Shown piece by piece: positions 12,766 to 24,109 of a stretch of 64,000 nucleotides of DNA (its first letter is position 1; each line of letters begins with the position of its first letter). This stretch comes from Eledone cirrhosa (Eukaryota): NCBI GenBank assembly GCA_964016885.1, contig OZ024740.1, positions 145,018,001-145,082,000 of the forward strand. The letters run 5' to 3'. Under the pieces are notes generated by a model. The model was not told the origin of the DNA. It did not search any database and was given only the letters and a program-made list of their open reading frames with translations. A program made the translations under genes and the position numbers.

Positions 12766-13814
12766 TTCTCTGTGTTTTTTCCTTGACTTTTCTCCCACAT
12801 ATTTACCTACTCTTCACCCTTTTATCAACAAAAATTTCTTAAAACTGCCTCTCCTTTAGCTCAGAATTACAATTGTTTCAGAATTGAAATCTGGTCCTCA
12901 CATATCAAGGTGATGAATTGGCAGTCGTTAGTTGAATTTGTCTTGGTATTTCTTCCGGCTCACTACATACTAAGTTCAAATTTCACCAAGGTCTACTTTG
13001 CCTTTCATCCTTTTAAAGTCAATAATAGAATATCAATTAATGGGGTTGAGTTTTCCTTCATGGTCTCTTTTCTTAATTCTCATTCACCTTTTCTTCTACC
13101 TGGGAGGGATGAGATCTGCCAAGTGTAAAATGCTCATATGTGTGTGTAGCAAGGTGCCACTACAACTCTATCAGGAGTCACAGGCCCTTTACCTTTTATT
13201 TTACCTCACATGTATGGTGTCTGCTGTCAGAATTGCAACATCTCTGATTGCCAAGCATGGTCAGCTTCTATTCATAATGCTATGGATACATTGATTGAAA
13301 CCAGCTCAGTCAATCCTGATTCAACGCCAACTCGGGTATAAGTAAGTATATTGTATTACCAAGTACCATGACAAGCAAAGTAGTGTAGAAAATGTAAAAG
13401 AGAAGCTTAGTATGCAAACAGAGAACTAGCTTCCTCACTTTGTGTAAATGGAGGTTGTCTGGAATTATAAATGATCTAGCAATATATTAAATACTCCTAC
13501 AAAATTGGTGACTTTTTAGATTTAAGTGTAAAGCTATAATCGGTTAACTTGTGAAGCATTGGGAAATTAGGAATTTGAAAATAGTCTCCAGAGGTACTTT
13601 ACCTGATAAATTCAACTGTTATTTAGTTATCAACTATTATTATAGTTAGCTGCATTGACAACTATCCTTTCAAATTTCCCAATACTTTGTAAGTTCACCA
13701 TTTATATATATATATATATATAACGAAGGAAATGTGGTAAGGAACCAGGTGGACCATAACGCACCAAAGTACTCAATACTTGAGGTAGTAGAGTGGGTAA
13801 TAGGAACCAGTAAG

Positions 13815-13908
13815 ACCCCGACAGCTGAGCTCAAGCCGTTTCGACGGCTAATTCTGGACTAAATGAAAATTTATCCTGGTATTTAAATAGCCGATCTTCT
13901 CAAGGGGT
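13815..13908 (-). ncRNA. Type I hammerhead ribozyme (U3-A8 variant), inverted copy
   Basis: Exact reverse complement of 14244-14337. Confidence 0.75.
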
Positions 13909-14243
13909 AATTCCATATATGGTCAAAGTGATTGTCAAAAATCAGTAGTAATTCTGTGGTTGCAAATTAGTAGGGGAGATGGTGGCTAAACCTGCCAGTA
14001 GGAGAAAGAGGGGAGGGGGTGGAGTAGACCCAATCAAGCGTTGGTAGTGCCAGCTACAGCTGGGCATGAGGTCAAAGAAGATACAGGGGAGGGGGAGGAA
14101 GTCGGAACGGTAGGTAGAACAATGGGGGGTAGAAATAGGAAAGAAAAAATACTGAGAGTGAAGAAAAGCAAATAAGTGTAAAGAATTTGCAACCACAGAA
14201 TTACTACTGATTTTTGACAATCACTTTGACCATATATGGAATT

Positions 14244-14337
14244 ACCCCTTGAGAAGATCGGCTATTTAAATACCAGGATAAATTTTCATTTAGTCCAGAA
14301 TTAGCCGTCGAAACGGCTTGAGCTCAGCTGTCGGGGT
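14244..14337 (+). ncRNA. Type I hammerhead ribozyme (U3-A8 variant)
   Basis: Stem I ACCCC/GGGGT; core TTGAGAA; stem II GA(T)CGGCTA...TAGCCGTC; GAAA; stem III ACGGCT/AGCTGT; GUC cleavage triplet ending at 14332. Confidence 0.75.
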
Positions 14338-14349
14338 CTTACTGGTTCC

Positions 14350-14375
<26 letters not shown>

Positions 14376-14380
<5 letters not shown>

Positions 14381-14848
14381 GTAAGTATGTATACATACAT
14401 ACATATATGTATACAGACGTACAGTAGCATGTATATATATATATATATATATACATGCTACTGTACGTCTGTATACATATATGTATGTACGTATACATAC
14501 ATACTTACATTTAAAGTAAGTGCTGTACTAAGAGTGAGAAATGAAATTTCGTTTCATTCTATTCCATTTATCGTTTTCGGTGCGCCTGGCCGACTGAACT
14601 CACTCGATAAGGAAAGTATATACTTTCGGACGTTCAACCATCTGGCAGAAAGGTATACGGTGCTGACGATAGCTAACAAGCTTGAAACTAGTACATCGTT
14701 CCTGTGTCAGTGTTGAACAAAAAGGTGACGTGGTTGCCTAAACACTGTACGGCGTAAATCAGGCTGTCTGTTTGTTTACAAACGAACAAAGCGAACATTA
14801 TAATAAATGTTCGGTAAACTGATACGTGTATATATATATGTGTGCCTG

Positions 14849-14886
<38 letters not shown>

Positions 14887-15093
14887 CCTGTATATATATA
14901 TATATCCAAACCCATGCAAGCGTGGAACACGGACGCTAAACCTGATGATGATGATGATGATGGTGATGATGATATATATATATATAGATGCTACTGTACG
15001 TCTGTATACATATATGTATGTACGTATACATACTTACATTTAAGTAAGTGCTGTACTAAGAGTGAGAAATGAAATTTCGTTTCATTCTATTCC

Positions 15094-15095
<2 letters not shown>
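14376..15095 (+). mobile_element. Second hammerhead-bearing non-coding element, with an inverted 5' fragment and a direct partial repeat
   Basis: 14376-14430 is inverted relative to 14456-14512, and 14988-15095 repeats 14456-14566. (TA)n spacers separate the parts, and a short RTE tail sits at about 14905-14972. Confidence 0.65.
14657..14699 (+). ncRNA. Minimal type I hammerhead ribozyme
   Basis: Sequence ACGGTG-CTGACGA-T-AGCT-AACA-AGCT-T-GAA-ACTAGT-A-CATCGT. Stem I is 6 bp, stem III is the palindrome ACTAGT, and the cleavage triplet is GUA. Confidence 0.75.
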
Positions 15096-15120
<25 letters not shown>

Positions 15121-15124
<4 letters not shown>

Positions 15125-15688
15125 CAAAAGATGGTTAAAAGAGTTCCATGTATTTTATTATGCACATTTCAAAAACAAATATCATCATGGGATGATATTT
15201 GCGTTCTCATCAGATAAAATAGACATGATATGAAGCTTAAAAAACATTTGCGAGCAGTGAAGTGTCAAATCTACATATGAAAAATAAAATTAGAGGTATA
15301 TATGAGATTGGAAAAAAGGAAAGGAAGGGGGAAAGAAAAGGTAAGGAAGTGGAAGAAAAAATATATAGATAGAAGAAAAAAAATATAAGGAAAGGATGAC
15401 GGAGGAGGAGTATAAGAAGGAAGGATGAGAGAGGAGGAGAAAATGAGTGAGAGAGAGAGAGATAACCTTTAATACTGAGAAACACTGTCTCACAGAAAAA
15501 TAAAAAAAAAAACTGTTGTAAGATAATACATAATTTAAAAAAATTAAGAAATTTTGAAATGCGCATAAAATACATGGAACTCTTTTAACCATCTTTTGAT
15601 TTCATATTTATACTCCAGTCCTATAAACTGTTGAGTGCTACTTATCCAATATTTGCATTGCTTTATTGTGCTACAATAAAACTCACCT

Positions 15689-15690
<2 letters not shown>
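15121..15690. mobile_element. Third hammerhead-bearing element between (TA)n tracts, with a ~55-bp inverted repeat
   Basis: About 15121-15174 is inverted relative to about 15552-15602. (TA)n tracts lie on both sides. Confidence 0.7.
15151..15221 (-). ncRNA. Type I hammerhead ribozyme, canonical core
   Basis: Minus strand reads TATTTTAT-CTGATGA-GAACGCAAATATCATC-CCAT-GATGATATTTGTTTTT-GAA-ATGTGCAT-A-ATAAAATA. Stem I is 8 bp, stem II is long, and the triplet is AUA. Confidence 0.85.
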
Positions 15691-15754
<64 letters not shown>

Positions 15755-17921
15755 ATATATGTATAATCCATAACTTGTACTATAATGGTATTTGAGTTAA
15801 AGATGAAGTTAATCATCAAGGAAGCACTATTTTTCCTATTTAAGCTATTGGCCATTTGTAATCTATTGTTGTTGAACACAATGACTATATGATAAGATCT
15901 ACTATTTATATCTATCAGATCTATTATACCAAATATCATTGTATGCTCTACATATTGATAATCACAATCCCTCTGCTGTGATAGGTCTATCCTACAACTC
16001 TAAGTTGGTCTAGGTTGGATATTTCAGTCTGCTCATTACCTTTTCTACTTGATTGATTTCACTTCCTCATCAATGAATGTATGTTTTGTGTATTGGTGTC
16101 TGGTATTTCACTTTGTAAAATGAAGTTTTCTATTTAATCTGTCAATGTGGTTATTGATTTGGTTATTGCCTCAGCATTCTCAGTACCTGCTTTCTTTGCT
16201 TGTTAATGGAATAACATTCTGTCATCATCAGTGTTTAAACATCTAAACTTTCCATGTTAATATGGTTTGGATATGTCTACAGTGTAGTCTATTTTCACTC
16301 CATGTGATAATCCTATCAAAGCAACTGCTTTGCAGTTGCTTAGTTTACAAAAAGAGCAAGACTTGAAAAAGTAAAGCCTGTTTGAAAGAAAAAAAGCTGT
16401 TTTGGTGTATTAAACTGAGAATTTTCAATAGAAACATAAAATCCATCCTACTACAATGGTACCAAATCATGGGGTAAAAGTCAAATAGGCCATCATGATT
16501 ATGATGTTGAAAAACAGATTTGTGAGTTGCACTTCGTCATTAGACTAATTGTGTGGCATAGGTATGTTTGGTCAGATTTGACTTGGGTCATTTCAACACA
16601 ATCCTGTGTCATCTCAATTGTCAGGTCCAATCACTATTTCTTCCCTTTGAGTCCCTCCTCTTCAAAATGTTTATGAAAATAGTCTACAAAAATGCATTAA
16701 GCACTAACTTGGAAGAAAAGATGTGGCTACTGGAACATGTCGAAGTAAATTTCTTCATTTTTTTTTTTATAATGGTTTAATCAATAGTTAGAATATATCC
16801 TCGTCTATGCTAAAGTTGGTTTTTATTGCTTTCATTGATTAAAATAGGATTGATAATGTTCTTATTGATGCTAAATTTTCTTTGCTCTGCTGAATTGTCT
16901 TTATTGATTATATTTTTGTAGAGATTTGGATTTATAATGTGGTACTATAGATTTTAATCTTCAACCTGCACCACACAGATTTCCACATAGGCACAAGGCT
17001 GCAAATTCTGCAGTAGAAGGGTGGGTGGGGGTATAGTTGAGGAGATAAACCCAGTGTTCAATTGATACTTATTTTATTAACACTGTAAGGATGAAAAGCA
17101 AAGTAAACCTCGGTAAACTATAAGGAGACATTTGTTAGTTTCTGATATATTTACTTTCTATGAACTTATTTCAGAGTAATGACTATTCATCAATTAGTAT
17201 TTAGGGGTTTATTAATTGCTGCCAATTTCCATTTTCCTGAGATTATAATATAAAAAGTATTATAATAAAATCATTTTTAATTAATTCTGCCCCTTGCCTG
17301 ATATTTCACTTCCTGTGTAAGCTTTTTGTTTAATTAACATATCAAATCTCTCCTTTTGTAACAAAATAGATTTTATGTGTTTTTTTAACTGAGATTATAT
17401 AAAAGACTTTTTTTTTTTTTTTTTGTGTGTGTTTTCATTTCACTAAAATGATTCAACTTCTCATAATTTGGTTGGGGGTAGGACTTTTCCACTGAATTAT
17501 GTTTCAATGAGTGTTTAGAAAAATTGATTTCATAAATGGGATTTTTGTGCCAAAATACTATTGAATCAGTGACTCATTTCTATGTATTTCAAAAAAAATT
17601 TACTGTATTTTGAGTAACTTGTGTGTAATTGTTGTTGTTGGTATTTGTCAAGGAAATTATTGTTGAAAACATAGTGTTTACTGTCTGTTTATTTAATTTC
17701 TTTTAAAATTTAACATTATGTATTTTCTTGCCCATTGGAACAAGATACCTTAGTGCATTTACTCTTTATTCCTCTGTGGAAAATGTAAATGCATCAGAGA
17801 GATTGGTTATAGAAAGATATTCAAATATCAAAATATTTCTTAGAATTGCAGAAGCCTTCAAGACTTCAGCCGTTATAGAGATTTAAATGAAATAAGGCAA
17901 AGCTATTTATTTTATTACTTA

Positions 17922-19074
17922 TTAGGTTAGACAGAAAGTTCTTTCCATTTTTCAAAAGGAAGTATTTTGATAGTTTTCTGGAAATGTTGAAGGTTGCGCA
18001 TGCACACATGTGATGTTGGTATGCATTTCTCATTTTCTGTTATGCTGTCAAAGTGGGAGCAACATAAACCTATCCAATTGTTTATTTGTGGCTGTTTACT
18101 TTGACTTCAAATCTGGCCTAAGCACAGCAGTATTGAGCTGTAGCATTAATGATGCATTTGGGTTACATGCCATGTCTGAATACAGTGCCAGGGACTGGTT
18201 CGCATGCTTCCGTTCTGGTGATTACAGCCTTGAAGATCATGCAGGACATCCATCCAACTTCAATGACAAACAACTACATGAACTGGTGGAAGCCGACCCA
18301 TGCTAGACATCACATGCCAGACATCACATCGAAAACAAGCACCTTCAATCACTTTCATACAATAGGGATGGTGTCCAAGCTGGACCAATGGGTGCCCTAC
18401 AATCTGATTGGCTGTAATCGTGAATGTCAGTTGGCAGCTGCGACTTTTCTACTCCCTTACCATTACACAACCAACCGATTATGTTCCATTGTCACTGATG
18501 ATGAAAAATGGTGTCTACATTAAGTGACTATAGGCAGATGAAGAGAGTGCACCAGAATGGCAAGCAAAAGCTAACCTCCACTCTTGCAAGCCCTACTCAT
18601 CTATTATGAGCTGATCCCATGGAAGACCAGCATAATGTTTATTACCAGACAGATTAGCAATAAAAATCGCACAGGTGCACTAACACCATGGTCCTGTTCA
18701 ATTCATGATAACGCTCAGCTGCATACATCAAGGATAACCCATGAAAAGCCATTGGGGCTAGACTGGAAGTTTTTACTCCACCCACTGTATTCACCCAACC
18801 TCATGCTTACAGTGTATCACCTTTTTCTCTCGATCAGCAATGCAATGCAGTTAATGACCATCGCCAATGAAGACCAGTTAAATCAGTGGCTTAAGGAATT
18901 CTTTGCATCAAAGCCAGAATTCTACCAGGATGGAATCATGTACCTACCTAAACAACGGCAGACGGTAATTGCAAATGATGGTGATTATTTTGACTTGTAA
19001 AATTTTCTTAATGTCAAAAAACGCCAAAGTCAATAAAAATTGGAAAAATGGTCAGAACTTTCTGTTCAACCTAA
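17922..19074 (+). mobile_element. Mariner (DD34D) DNA transposon, degenerate, both TIRs present
   Basis: TIRs ttaggttagacagaaagttct and agaactttctgttcaacctaa with TA target duplication. Motifs WVPYNL, IVTDDEKW, HDNAQLH and HPLYSPNL..YHLF occur across frameshifted ORFs. Confidence 0.93.
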
Positions 19075-19149
19075 TAGTTTTATGATTACATTCATGTGGG
19101 TGACCATTGTCTTATTCCTCAGAATTTCTCTCTATCTATATCTATGCCC

Positions 19150-19189
<40 letters not shown>

Positions 19190-19367
19190 GAAAGTTTGGT
19201 AAAATTGAAGCTTCGGCTATAGCCAAGCCAATGAGATACGAGGAATGTGCTGTCAAGCACTCGATGAGGAGTCTGAGTAATAACATTCGTTAGACGGCAT
19301 GACAAATTGAAAGCTGAGACCCAGCCACGACACCGAAGCAACGAGAAAACCAACTGGTTAATAAAAA

Positions 19368-19403
<36 letters not shown>

Positions 19404-19441
19404 AACAAAGAATCAGTGTTGTATCATATACATATTTAATT

Positions 19442-19531
19442 ACATATCACATGTTTCACTGTCGATCAGCTCGAGGAACGTTTGATTAATGATTGATCCT
19501 GACTCTGGAATAGGAAGCTCCTCAGATATGT
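19442..19531 (-). ncRNA. Minimal type I hammerhead-like fold, probably inactive (G at position 17)
   Basis: Minus strand reads ACATAT-CTGAGGA-GCT...AGT-GAA-ACATGT-G-ATATGT. It lies about 40 nt from the (TA)n tract at 19368-19400. Confidence 0.6.
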
Positions 19532-20159
19532 GTTAACATGCAGACTCGCACCTATATTTATCCAGATTCATTATTTTATGCTGCCACACACTCTGCTAAA
19601 GGAGTGTGTCATTGCCGTATTCATCCTGTTAAGTTGTATTCGGTCAAACCTCAGTGGGGAGCGGCCTAGAATTCAGCTATTTTATATATAGATATTTACA
19701 GTTTCTAGTATATTTTGTTTCTAACAAATTATTTTGAACTGATAATTAATTATTCAGCATTTAGTCATTTATGTCTCATTACATATGTATTTTCAATTAG
19801 CTTTTTAATGCTCCATATATTATGTTAACAATAATGTACCACTCGTATGAAAAAAACAATAGCTATCTCTGAATTAATTATTCTATAAACAATTACATTT
19901 AATTAAAGTTAGCACAATTCTTGTTCATTTTGAAGTCGAGCATGTTAAGTTCGTAGTTTAACTATGTCCTTTTCTTTGTGATCTATTTCAGCTAGATTTA
20001 GGCAGTTACATATCCACACTTTAACTATTTGTTTACATCAATAGAGATTGGTCTGTTTGCTGTATACCAGTGTTAAACAGTGTTGAATTGCACTGCTTTA
20101 TGTAAAATGGTAACTTAGCAATTTAATAAGTAGGATCGATGAATTAAATACAAACTAAT

Positions 20160-20572
20160 GAGCAGCTGATTGGAATAATGAGGTAGTGCTGGTGCCATGA
20201 TAAAATGCTCCCGCTCTGTAAGGTGGTAATGATGGAGCCACAATAAAAAGCGCCCAGTCTACCCTGTAAAGTGGTAGTGCTGGTGTCACACAGAAAAGCA
20301 CATGGGCTACCCTGTAAGGTGGTAATGCTAGTGCCATGACGAAAAGCACTCAGTCTCCACTGCAAGGTAGTAGTTCTGGAATTGTGATAAAATGCTCCCA
20401 GCACATGCTGTAAAGTGCTTGGCATTAGGAAGGGCATCCAGCAAGAGAAATCAGACTAAAATGGAATGTATGAGCATATGGTCAGCTAACTAGCTAGGCC
20501 TCAACAAGATAGCATTAGACAGGTTGTCTAACCCTATCAAGCATGGAAAATAGATGTTAAATGATGATGATA
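20160..20572 (+). mobile_element. RTE 3' UTR-derived fragment with about 5 tandem ~41-bp units
   Basis: Repeated ctgtaaggtggt..tgccatga..aaaagc units, then the ggaagggcatccagc motif and a (GAT) tail. Confidence 0.65.
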
Positions 20573-21795
20573 TACTAAAGGCCATTGAAGATGGTACTCT
20601 AAGATGGCTTCACTCCAACAACAGAAACTAATAAAAAAATATAAAGCTTCTCAAATGTATTTTTCATCTGATTGAAATATGAGAATATATAATCCATTAT
20701 TATGTTCTGCCCTTATATGGGAATACATTTTAGAAGTGTTCTTGAATTACATATCAAGAATGGAAAATAATAGCATATTTTTATATTAGACTAAGATAGT
20801 ATCTGTAGAAAATAACAGTTTATTTCTGCTTGCTTTCAGTAATTAATTTTTTTGCTTCAAGCCTTGCTCCATTTTCTTGTTCATTTTGTCTTCCAGTTAT
20901 TCTTAGTTTTTTTTTAACTCACTCTTTCATCATTTTCATTGACTTAAATACTTCAAACCTTGCCTTTCATCTTTATGGGGTCGATAAAATAAAGTACCAG
21001 TCATGCACTCGGGTCGATTTAATCGACTTTCCCTTCCCCCCAAATTGCTGGCCTTGTGCCTATATAAGAAACTATTATTTCTTGTCTCCTCTCCTTCTCT
21101 CAAAATTCCACTTCCACACCCTTCTCTTCATCTCCTAAGTCTCCGCCACCTATATTTCTCTGTAAAATCCACTCTCTCTAGATTGCTGTTATTTTGTTGT
21201 ATTACTTCACTAATTTCTTCTCTTTATTAAAGAGTTTTGTTCACTTCCTTCTCTCTCATTTGTATTATCTTTCTCCCTCACTTTTTATTTCTGCTTGTCT
21301 CAAACTGCTAATATCTACCGTTAATCACTCACTTATCTATTTATCTTTAGCATCTCTCAGCACAGTCACCACTTTCTCCTTCAATCTTGACAGAGAGAAG
21401 GAAACTAGTCAACAAAAAATAACAAAATAAAAGAAACATGAGTTTTAGTGTTTTTTACTTGTTAAAATTGTGTATACCTGTTTTTAGAATAGGTACATGA
21501 TGTACCTGCATGTCATAAGAAATGATTAAAAGAGTTGACACTAATCTAAAGCACTGCCTCAAAAATTCCCATCCACTCCATGCCAGCATAAAAAAAATCA
21601 GATATAAAAATGATGTCCCTGTTGCAGCTGGAGTCAAATTAATCTCATTTCCCACTGTCACATTTCTCCCTTGAACATTCTGTATAGTAAGTCAATTGCT
21701 ATAGAGCCACAAGTGAAAGTGTAGAGTATACTTTTCTTGAAGTATAATAATAATACAGAAATGTTCAAAACTGTCCCCCTTGGTCAGCTAAAGAA

Positions 21796-21985
21796 TAATT
21801 GTTTCTACTTTTGGCACAAGGCCAGCAATTACCCAGTACATTACTGGTACTTTATTTTATCGACCCCGCAAGGACGAAAGGCAAAGTTAACCTCGGCGGG
21901 ATTCGACCTCAGATTGCAAAGGGAAGTAACTATGCTGCAAAGCATGGCGCCCGACCGTCTACCGATACTGCCGTTAGCTAACCCC
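21796..21985 (-). mobile_element. tRNA-SINE (Nin/Deu-like core), full length
   Basis: Reverse complement of the 27530-27720 family. Confidence 0.8.
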
Positions 21986-24109
21986 TAATATTTTTTCCTA
22001 AACCCAACATTTAACTCAGTGCTTATTTCTGATGTTGAAAACATTGTATATAATGACCCTCTCTCCACTGAACTTTTTTTTTTCACTTAAATGTGTTCAA
22101 GAAACCTTTAAATTTAAACTATTCAGATTCATTGATGGGAACATTCTAAAATACTTTCTAGATGGGAAATACCATTATTATTGCTTAGTATATTTCATGT
22201 GTGATTTATATAGTAAATAATCACCAAACTATATAAACTGACATCGCCATTACCACTCAACTGACCCTATTATTCACTCTGCTTACTAATCTCTATATCA
22301 AGTCTACCACTATCACTGAGTGTGATGATGGTGGTGACGTTGTTGCTGCTAGGAGGAGAGGAGGGGGGGCTAAGATAGACCCTCCATGCCCTGTCACATT
22401 ACACAATGACAACAGAATTAAATTTCTAAACTGAAACCCGAGATTTGCCAATGTTTCCTGGGAATTGGGGAACATCATTTCTCTCTCTATATGTATTTTT
22501 ATACTCTTTCCTTCTAACCCCACTGAACTATTATTTCTCTGCCCCCCCCCCCCCCCCCCCCGCGCTAACTTTCTCTTTCTTTCCCCCTCACCCTACTGTA
22601 TTTCTTGCTCCCATTCTTTCTCCCTATCTTTCCCTTCTTCCTTCTCCTACCCTTCCTCCTCTGCTGATTTCAATATATCCCATGGTAAAAGATGTAAAGT
22701 TTTTGATGAAAATTTCAACCTTGATGTATTCTGATAACATTTAAATGTATCTTTTTTTTTTTTTATTATTTCCTCTCACAACCCTCCCTCTCTCACTTTC
22801 TTAAAGTATTTCCTTAACCCTCCAAATTTCAATAATACTTACTGCCTCCTATCCCAGATTTTTTTCGAAGGGAAGAGTTCGAGGGGGGGGGGGGGGGGGG
22901 GGGTCTGTCTGGGAAAATTGTGAATCTTGGAGATTAAATTGCATCATATGTGCAGTTTTCTGTTTTGCCACAAGAGTAGCATATATTTCAACTTCATATA
23001 TGAATATCACTGTTGTCATCAAATATAATTCATCTCTTCAAAAGAAATTTTGGTTTTTTTTTTAGGAAGATATATATATATTTTAAACTTTTATTAAAAA
23101 AAAATTCAAGAAAAACAAGGGGCAAGGATAAAGAAGGGCTGATCTGACTGTAGAGGAAAGTACTATAAATGTCATAAATGTGAAAAGAAGAGAAAGGACT
23201 ATTAGGCAACGGATGGAGATGGTGGTTGACACTGTGCCTAGGTCGAGGCAGTGTTTAAATTGAAAATCATAAGCATTGGCTTTCATGAGAAATATGGTAA
23301 TGAAAGGGTTAAGGGGGAATTGGTTGCTAATTCTGGCAAAGTCAACTGACATTGTTGGTTTGTTTAACCAATTGTTGATTTATCTAGTTTTGAGTTTGAC
23401 CTGTCAATACAAAATAACAGTAATCTTGTCTACACTTCTAATTTGATTTGTGATAAGAATGTGCCTATGTGTGTTCTATAGTTGGTTGAGCTGTTGTACT
23501 TGGAGTTAGTGAACTATTTCTAGCTCTCCTGTGAACCTCTTTGCTGTCTATTTGATACTAAAAAGCACATGGTGTCTCATCTATTCCAGTGTATTATTAC
23601 ATGCTTAATTTAACAATACATACAAATCAGTTTTCAACTGAATCCCAATGGATAGCTTATATTTTATAGTACTAAAGAGAAATACTTACTGATGATTATC
23701 TTGTTTATTCTAACTATGGTAATTAGTATATATTTTTTTTATTGTTTGAAACAGCTGTACTGGTATAATTAGTAATGTAAGTAATAATTATGTTTTAATT
23801 ATTTTCTGTCTTGCAATATGTATTGGGAATATCTAATTTCCATTGAGCTTTTATGAAACAATGAAATCGAGATGTTTTTACTTTGATTTATTGTATACCT
23901 GTTACATATTGTTAGAGTACATACTCTCTTTTCACTGACCTATTTCTTGGCTTTATATTCAAATAAGTTTGGGTTATCATAGTTAACCATTGTCATTTTA
24001 ACATGTACTTACTAGGTTGGCATGGGTTGGATGAGTCTGCTATTTATGTTTAGCATATTACTAATTGTATTAAAATGCATGGCTTAGTGGTTAGGGTGCT
24101 CAGCTCACA

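Larger units (their letters stand above)
13723..14352. mobile_element. Non-coding Penelope-like/retrozyme element with a perfect 169-bp inverted repeat, between (TA)n tracts
   Basis: 13800-13968 is the reverse complement of 14184-14352. Each arm holds a hammerhead fold. (TA)n tracts lie at 13702-13722 and 14350-14377. Confidence 0.8.

Noticed and set aside
13140-13345. Possible exon or GIY-YIG remnant ending near GTAAGT
   Set aside because: No clean acceptor or frame and no recognisable motif.
16290-16790. Possible Tc1/mariner remnant
   Set aside because: Too degenerate; I could not confirm TIRs or motifs.
19255-19335. Plus-strand hammerhead (TCGATGA...GAAAGCTG/CAGC)
   Set aside because: The core is non-canonical, there is no U16.1, and there is no convincing stem I.
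22542-22903. Poly-C and poly-G runs as a functional G4 or hairpin
   Set aside because: Homopolymer runs are common in this genome and error-prone; there is no other support.
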